A stretch of DNA of 64,000 nucleotides from Myxococcales bacterium (GTDB lineage: Bacteria > Myxococcota_A > Polyangia > Polyangiales > DASUME01): the NCBI GenBank assembly GCA_047601445.1, contig JASGJH010000001.1, forward strand, positions 8,768,001-8,832,000, given 5' to 3'. Every line of letters begins with the position of its first letter. The first letter of the stretch is position 1. A program made the position numbers and the translations under genes. The notes under the pieces are model-generated. The model searched no databases. It saw only the letters and a program-made list of their open reading frames with translations, and was not told the DNA's origin. Of this stretch, positions 57,985 to 64,000 are shown in pieces.

Positions 57985-58658
57985 GGCGAGCCCTCTTCGG
58001 CCTGGCCCTGATGTTTACAATCGGCTGCGCGGCGGGAGACGAATCGCAGGAGGTGCGCTTTCACGTGAGCGTGCGCGATGACCAACTGCAAGCGCAGCCA
58101 GGAGTTTCCATCGAAGTCGACGGCCAAGCTGTCGCCAGCACGGACACTCAAGGGCGCGCCTCGGTGTCCTTCCACGCACGCGCGAACCGCGCGCGCATCG
58201 CCGTGCGGTGTCCGAGCGGATATCATGCTTCTGAGCCGCGCAGTATTCCGTTGTCCCGGCGCGGCAGGCAGCCTCCGCTCGAGCTCGTGTTCACCTGTCG
58301 CCCCGCGCAGCGCACGTTGCTTCTGGTCGTGCGTGCACCCGAGGGAGTCGGCATGCCCGTGCTGGCCGACGGCGAAGCGCTGGGCCATGTGGCCGAAGAC
58401 GGAACCTTTCACGCGGTGATCAAGCGCGCACCCGACGCCACGCTGCGCTTGACCCTCGACACCACGGACGCGCCGCTTCTAGTGCCCCAGCACCCCGTCA
58501 GAGAGATCACCGTCGGCGAGCGCGACGAGATCATTGTCTTCGATCAGGAGCTGCGGGCTGCGCGCCCGCCCAGGCGCGTGCGCCAGACCTCCGGCAAGTC
58601 CTCCTCTGCGACGCGGCACATTCCCTATGCCATCGGCGCAGCGCGCTATTCGTGGTGA
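57972..58658 (+). CDS. Hypothetical beta-rich lipoprotein (PEGA/Ig-like)
   Basis: TIGC lipobox; repeated V.VDG...G.T...G motif. Confidence 0.6.
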   Translation: MYALRRALFGLALMFTIGCAAGDESQEVRFHVSVRDDQLQAQPGVSIEVDGQAVASTDTQGRASVSFHARANRARIAVRCPSGYHASEPRSIPLSRRGRQPPLELVFTCRPAQRTLLLVVRAPEGVGMPVLADGEALGHVAEDGTFHAVIKRAPDATLRLTLDTTDAPLLVPQHPVREITVGERDEIIVFDQELRAARPPRRVRQTSGKSSSATRHIPYAIGAARYSW

Positions 58659-58669
58659 CCTGCGCGGTT

Positions 58670-59176
58670 TCAGCCCAGGGCGTCCGTCAACCGTTGCAGG
58701 TATGCCTGGACCTCGGACGAGCCTTCTTCCGGGGCCCATGTCGCGAAGTCCTTGGCAGACGCCTCCACGTAGGGGCCGGCTTTGACCTCATAGAGCAGCG
58801 TGTCCGGCTCCCGCACGATGAAGCTGTGGAACAGCCCGGGCGCGAGATCGAGGCCGAACTCTGCGCCTCCGGCCTTCAGTCGGCGACTGAAGGTCACGTT
58901 GCCTTCGTCGTCGAAGACCACCAGATCGATGGCTCCGCGCAGCACCAGGAACACCTCGGCCCGCGGCGGACTCGTGTGGCGATGCGGACGCACATACGTG
59001 CCCGGTTGCAGCGCGTTGAACATGCGCTGCAGCGGATCCGCCCCCTGCTTGTGGAACGGAACGATCATGCGCTTGCGCTCGCTGGCGCGCGAGGCCTCCA
59101 GCGCGCGCTCGGCGAGCTCCTGCGAGATCACGACGAGCTCACCTTCCGGCGGAGGCAAAGCGCGGGGAGTGGCCAC
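58670..59176 (-). CDS. WbuC-family cupin
   Basis: QRMFNALQPGTYVRPHRH, FHS, EVKAGPY. Confidence 0.85.
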   Translation of the reverse strand: MATPRALPPPEGELVVISQELAERALEASRASERKRMIVPFHKQGADPLQRMFNALQPGTYVRPHRHTSPPRAEVFLVLRGAIDLVVFDDEGNVTFSRRLKAGGAEFGLDLAPGLFHSFIVREPDTLLYEVKAGPYVEASAKDFATWAPEEGSSEVQAYLQRLTDALG

Positions 59177-59178
59177 GT

Positions 59179-60069
59179 CTAGGCTCCCTTGGCCTTGCGT
59201 TTACGCTTCGTCTCGGGCTGCTCCGCTTCCTCTTCTTCCTTCGGCTCGGCCTTCTTCGGTCCCTTGCCGGACGGCGCGGGCGCCGCCTTCTTTCCGAGCG
59301 CGTTGGGTTCGAGGCTCTTCTTGAGCGCCTCGAACAGATCGATAATCTGGGCGGCCGGCTGCTCGGGAGCCGTCTGGATCTCCATGCCCTGCGCCTTCTG
59401 CTCGGCCACCTGACGGACGCGGTCGCTGGTCTCGTCGCGGAACTCCGACGGGTCGAAGCTCTCCACGCTCAGCTGCTCGATCAACTTCAGCGCCAGGTCG
59501 CGCTCGCTCTGACTCAGCCGCACGTCGCTCCCGATGTCCACCTCGTCGAACGCATGCACCTCGTCGGCGTAGTAGAGCTGGTGCAACGCGAGGCCCTTGT
59601 CGTACGGGCGAATCATCACCACATAGCTCTTGCCGCGCGCGTTGTAGCGTCCGATGGCCACCACGCTCGAGTCCTTCATGGCGTGCCCTAGCAGGGTGTA
59701 CGCCTTGTGTCCGCCTTTGTCGGGTCCGAGGTAGTGGGTCTTCTCGATCTGGATGAAGTCCACCGTCTGCGCGGGCACGAACTGGACGATGTCGATGGTG
59801 TTGGTGCGCTCGGCCTCCAGCTGACGTAGCTCCTCGTTGCTGAAGACCACGTACTGGCCCTTGGAGATCTCGTAGCCCTTGACGGTGTCGTCGCGCTCGA
59901 TGACCTGATCGTGGGTGGGGCAGTAGAGCTGCTGCTTGACCCGCGTGTTGCACTCCTTGTGGAGCATGTTGAAGCTCACACTTTCGGAGTGGGTGGCGGT
60001 GTAGAGCTTGACCGGGATCGAGACGAGCCCGAAGGAGATGGTGGTCGATCCAGTAGAGCGCGCGGCCAT
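59179..60069 (-). CDS. ku: NHEJ protein Ku
   Basis: ISFGLVSIPVKLY, VKGYEISKGQYV. Confidence 0.95.
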   Translation of the reverse strand: MAARSTGSTTISFGLVSIPVKLYTATHSESVSFNMLHKECNTRVKQQLYCPTHDQVIERDDTVKGYEISKGQYVVFSNEELRQLEAERTNTIDIVQFVPAQTVDFIQIEKTHYLGPDKGGHKAYTLLGHAMKDSSVVAIGRYNARGKSYVVMIRPYDKGLALHQLYYADEVHAFDEVDIGSDVRLSQSERDLALKLIEQLSVESFDPSEFRDETSDRVRQVAEQKAQGMEIQTAPEQPAAQIIDLFEALKKSLEPNALGKKAAPAPSGKGPKKAEPKEEEEAEQPETKRKRKAKGA

Positions 60070-60105
60070 GCCGAAAGCATAGATCGCGGCCTCGGTGTCA
60101 TGTAA

Positions 60106-62739
60106 ATGAATGGCGTGAGCGAAGGCGACAAGCCCGACAAACTCGCGGGCTACCGCCAGAAACGGGACCCGGGGCGTACCAACGAGCCCTTCGCGCCTGA
60201 ACCTTTGCCCAGCGCACGCGCAGGACGCGCGGCTGGCGGGGCCAGCTGGGGTGGCGCGTTCGTTGTCCATGAGCACGATGCCAGCCGCAAGCACTACGAC
60301 CTACGGTTGGAGGTGGGCGGCGTCCTCAAGAGCTTTGCCGTGCCCCAGGGGCCGACCCTGGACCCCGAAAAGAAACGTCTCGCCGTGCAAACCGAGGACC
60401 ACCCGTTCGAGTACCTCGAGTTCGAGGGCGTGATCCCCGACCACAACTACGGCGCAGGACCCATGATCGCCTGGGACCTGGGCCGCGTGCGCTATCTCGA
60501 GCAGTCCGCCGAAGAGGGGCTCGCCAAGGGCAAGCTCGACTTCGAGCTCCAGGGCTACAAGCTGCGCGGGCGTTTTGCCCTGGTGCTCACCAGCGGTCGC
60601 AAGCCCGGAGACAACCCGAAGCAGAAGCAATGGCTGCTGCTCAAGAAGCGCGACCCACACGCGCGCCCGAATACCGAGCTGATCGAGGAGCTTCCCCAGA
60701 GCGTGCTGTCGGGCCTGCGCGTCACGGAGCTCGAGGCCGCCCACGAGCGCGCGCAGGCGCTCGAGGCAGAGCTTGCAAAGCTCGGCGTCGAGCAGCGTGC
60801 CTTGCACTCGAGCGGACTGGTGCCCATGGCGTGCGCGCTGGACGGGGCTCCGCTCGAGAGTCCCGCCTATCTCTACGAGCTCAAACTCGACGGCGTGCGC
60901 ATGCTGGCGGAGAAGCAAGGCGACGAAGTCTCGCTCTTCTACCGCAAGGGTCGCAGCGGCACCATCAGCTATCCGGAGGTCGTGCGGGCCCTGCGCGCGT
61001 TGCCCTTCGAACACGTAGTCCTGGACGGCGAGATCATCACCATCGACGAGACGGGACGCCCCAACTTCCAGCGCCTGGCCCAGCGCTTCCAGGCCACGCG
61101 CCCGCGCGACGTGGAGCGCGTGATGCGCATTGTGCCCGTCAGTTTCATCGCGTTCGATTTGCTGGCCCTCGGCCCCTACGACCTCACCAAACAGCCGCTG
61201 ATCGATCGCAAAGCCCTGCTGCAGCGCATCGTACCGCCACGCGGCGTGATCTCTCGTCTCGATCACATCGAGGGAGACGGCCGTGCACTCTACGAGTTTT
61301 GCCGGGTACAGCGCCTGGAGGGGCTGGTGGCCAAGCGCGCAGGCTCGCCTTACCGCGTGGGCCCCAAGGCATCGAACGACTGGGTGAAGATCAAGGCCGA
61401 CCGCGAGGACGATTTCGTGGTCATTGGCTACACCAAGGGCAACGTAGGGCGCGAACTCGGTGCGCTCGATCTGGCGAGCTACCAGGGCGATCAACTGATC
61501 TCACGTGGCAAGGTCGGCAGTGGCTTCGATGCCGCGACCCTCAAACTTCTGCTCGGAGAGCTCACGCCGCGCCGTGTGAAGAGCGTGGACGTGCAGGGTG
61601 AGCTCACGCAGGCGCCGCGCGGACGCACCTTCGTGCGGCCAGAGCTGGTGGTCAACGTGCGCTACACGGGCTTCACCGAAGATGGACATCTGCGTCATCC
61701 CGTGTACCGCGGGCTGCGCGCCGACGTCGCGCCTCGTGACTGCACGGCGGGTCCAGCGCTTCCCATCGAGCAGATTCAGCTCGAGGGCGAGGTCTCCGCG
61801 CGCGAGGAGCCGCCACCCCCCAAGCCCAAACCGGTGTCGACCGCCGAGCGGCGCGTCGTGATCTCCAATCCCAAGAAGGTGTTTTGGCCTGCCGAGGGCT
61901 ACACCAAGAGCGACCTGTGCGCCTACTACGAGGCGATGGCGCCCGTGTTGTTGCCGATTCTACGCGAGCGCCCCGTGATCCTGGTGCGCTATCCCGATGG
62001 CATCGAGGGCAAGAGTTTCTATCAGTGGAACGCGCCGCAGGGCACGCCGTCGTGGGTGCGCACGGTGAAGGTGCGCTGGGAGGATCGCGACAACAAGGAG
62101 GTCGAGCTGTTCCTCATCGACGACCTTCCGACGCTGGCCCACATCGCGAACCTCGGCTGTATCCCGCTGCATATCCTGGCCTCGCGCGTGGGCGCACTCT
62201 CCACCTCGGACTTCTTCACCATCGACTTCGATCTCGGAGGCCAGCCCCTGTCCTACGGCATCACGCTGGCGCGCGAGCTGAAGGCCTTGCTCGAGCAGGT
62301 GGGGCTGCGGGGCTATCCCAAGACCAGCGGTCAGACGGGCCTGCACGTGCTGGTTCCGCTCGGGCCGGCCATCGGCTTCGACACGGCGCGCGCCCTGTGC
62401 GAGTTGCTCGGCACGCTCGTCGCCAACAAACACCGCGAGATCGCCACCGTGGAGCGCAACAAGGCACGTCGCGGCCCGCGGGTCTATGTGGACACGGGCC
62501 AGACCGGAACGCTGCGGGCCATCGTGGCACCGTACTCGGTGCGCGCCTATCCGGGTGCGCGCGTGTCTACGCCTCTCACGTGGGACGAGGTGTCGTTCGC
62601 GCTCGAGCCTGCCCGCTTCAATATCTTCAGCGTGCCCGAGCGCATGCAGGAAATCGGCGACCCGCTGGCGGACTTCCTCAAGCAAACACCGGACATCCCG
62701 GCTGTGGTGGAGGCACTGCGTGCGCGGTTTTCACGCTGA
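60106..62739 (+). CDS. ligD: DNA ligase D (PE-LIG-POL)
   Basis: HDASRKHYDLRLE, YELKLDGVR, EGLVAKR, polymerase KTSGQTGLHV. Confidence 0.95.
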   Translation: MNGVSEGDKPDKLAGYRQKRDPGRTNEPFAPEPLPSARAGRAAGGASWGGAFVVHEHDASRKHYDLRLEVGGVLKSFAVPQGPTLDPEKKRLAVQTEDHPFEYLEFEGVIPDHNYGAGPMIAWDLGRVRYLEQSAEEGLAKGKLDFELQGYKLRGRFALVLTSGRKPGDNPKQKQWLLLKKRDPHARPNTELIEELPQSVLSGLRVTELEAAHERAQALEAELAKLGVEQRALHSSGLVPMACALDGAPLESPAYLYELKLDGVRMLAEKQGDEVSLFYRKGRSGTISYPEVVRALRALPFEHVVLDGEIITIDETGRPNFQRLAQRFQATRPRDVERVMRIVPVSFIAFDLLALGPYDLTKQPLIDRKALLQRIVPPRGVISRLDHIEGDGRALYEFCRVQRLEGLVAKRAGSPYRVGPKASNDWVKIKADREDDFVVIGYTKGNVGRELGALDLASYQGDQLISRGKVGSGFDAATLKLLLGELTPRRVKSVDVQGELTQAPRGRTFVRPELVVNVRYTGFTEDGHLRHPVYRGLRADVAPRDCTAGPALPIEQIQLEGEVSAREEPPPPKPKPVSTAERRVVISNPKKVFWPAEGYTKSDLCAYYEAMAPVLLPILRERPVILVRYPDGIEGKSFYQWNAPQGTPSWVRTVKVRWEDRDNKEVELFLIDDLPTLAHIANLGCIPLHILASRVGALSTSDFFTIDFDLGGQPLSYGITLARELKALLEQVGLRGYPKTSGQTGLHVLVPLGPAIGFDTARALCELLGTLVANKHREIATVERNKARRGPRVYVDTGQTGTLRAIVAPYSVRAYPGARVSTPLTWDEVSFALEPARFNIFSVPERMQEIGDPLADFLKQTPDIPAVVEALRARFSR

Positions 62740-62842
62740 AATCGGTACTTTCGCGCAGATGAAATGCGCCTCGGACCGGGGTGCAGAGCACCCCTCTTCA
62801 CCCACGGGCGCCGTGGGCGGGCCAATGGCAGGATAGGGCGAG

Positions 62843-64000
62843 ATGGATGAAGTCAGAACATTGATCGTGGGCGCCGGCATGAGCGGGCTCGCGACCGCGG
62901 CGTTCCTGAAGCACTCGGACTACGCCATCCTCGAGCGCGACGCGGAGATAGGCGGCTACTGCAAGACCGTGCGTCAGGACGGCTTCGTCTGGGACTACTC
63001 GGGTCACTTCTTCCACTTCAAGCACCAGGACATCTCGGACTACTTGCACTCCCGCATGCCCGGCCAGAGCATTCGCAAGGTCGAGAAGCGATCCTTCATC
63101 CACTACAAGGGCGCCTACGTCGATTTCCCCTTCCAAAAGAACATCCACCAGCTCCCGAAGGACGAGTTCATCGAGTGTCTGGTGGATCTGTACTTCGCAC
63201 GCACCCCGGGCGAGGCACCTGCGCTGCCCGAGAACAACTTCGAGGAGATGCTGTACGCGCGCTTCGGCCGGGGCATCGCGGAGAAGTTCCTCATCCCTTA
63301 CAACGAGAAGCTCTACGCCTGCCGCCTCAGTTCCCTGGACAAGAACGCGATGGGGCGCTTCTTCCCCCACGCCGACCTGCCCGACATCATCCGCAACATG
63401 CGGAGTGCCGACAACAGCAGCTACAACGCCTCGTTCATGTATCCCGAGGGCGGAGCCTTCGAGTACGTGAAGGCGCTGGCCTCCGAGGTCGACGCACGCA
63501 AGATTCACCTCTCCGAGAGCCTGCAGAGCCTGGACGTCTCGAGGAAGATCGCGCGCACCACGCGGCGTGAGATTCGCTTCGAGAACCTGGTGTCCTCCAT
63601 CCCGTTTCCCGCGCTGGCACGTGCCGCGGGCAAGGCGGACGACGCACAGGTGTGGACCTGGAACAAGGTGCTCGTGTTCAACCTCGGCTTCGACAAGAAG
63701 GGCCCCGAGCGCGTGCACTGGGTGTACTACCCGGATCGCTCGCTCGCGTTCTATCGCGTGGGCTTCTACGACAACATCTTCGACACCGAGCGCATGAGCC
63801 TCTACGTGGAGATCGGCTATCCGGCCGATGCCGAGGTGAATGTGGAAGCGATGCTCGAGCGCACGCTGCAGGATCTCGAGCGAGTGGGAGTAGTCGATGG
63901 GCAGCGCCTGATCTCACACCACTCGGTGATCCTCGATCCGGCCTACGTGCACATCACCGAGGCTTCCATGCGCGCCCATGCAGCGCTCAAGGGAGAGCTG
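62843..64000 (+). CDS. FAD-dependent oxidoreductase (PPO/UDP-galactopyranose mutase-like), truncated by the window end
   Basis: [29 protein letters not shown]; reading frame appears open to 64000. Confidence 0.75.
   Translation, partial: MDEVRTLIVGAGMSGLATAAFLKHSDYAILERDAEIGGYCKTVRQDGFVWDYSGHFFHFKHQDISDYLHSRMPGQSIRKVEKRSFIHYKGAYVDFPFQKNIHQLPKDEFIECLVDLYFARTPGEAPALPENNFEEMLYARFGRGIAEKFLIPYNEKLYACRLSSLDKNAMGRFFPHADLPDIIRNMRSADNSSYNASFMYPEGGAFEYVKALASEVDARKIHLSESLQSLDVSRKIARTTRREIRFENLVSSIPFPALARAAGKADDAQVWTWNKVLVFNLGFDKKGPERVHWVYYPDRSLAFYRVGFYDNIFDTERMSLYVEIGYPADAEVNVEAMLERTLQDLERVGVVDGQRLISHHSVILDPAYVHITEASMRAHAALKGEL

Noticed and set aside
59179..62739. ku-ligD pair as a novel system
   Set aside because: Standard bacterial NHEJ; only the tight divergent spacing (36 nt) is of note

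Overview
GC-rich bacterial DNA. Gene content points to Myxococcota, probably Polyangiales-like (inference from the FHA-GGDEF, TPR-PEGA and Cys-rich lipoproteins with GDGDG linkers, and an FHA-fused Tad ATPase). Housekeeping genes (trpS, era-der, sod, bolA, ku-ligD, LMW-PTP, L,D-transpeptidase) are mixed with many secreted Cys-rich proteins. Main observations: (1) three tandem 455-aa lipoprotein paralogs (1888-6358) whose 30 central cysteines have perfectly mirror-symmetric spacing, implying a ~200-residue disulfide-laddered beta-hairpin; the copies are mosaic and separated by duplicated terminators. (2) A 15-gene Tad/Flp locus (45904-58658) with two CpaF ATPases (one FHA-fused), five pilin-like proteins, four unknown genes and no recognisable secretin. 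(3) A ~75-nt two-hairpin dispersed repeat with compensatory changes, two copies of which flank the SOD gene as inverted repeats. (4) A TPR-PEGA gene followed by two unrelated lipoproteins that share a post-lipobox CxxIxDFDRxxI motif. (5) A dihaem cytochrome c-rhodanese fusion next to a sulfatase. (6) A hybrid kinase whose Hpt domain is detached by a +1 frameshift. No rRNA, tRNA, CRISPR array or transposase was recognised. Start codons are my best picks and often lie downstream of the longest ORF start.
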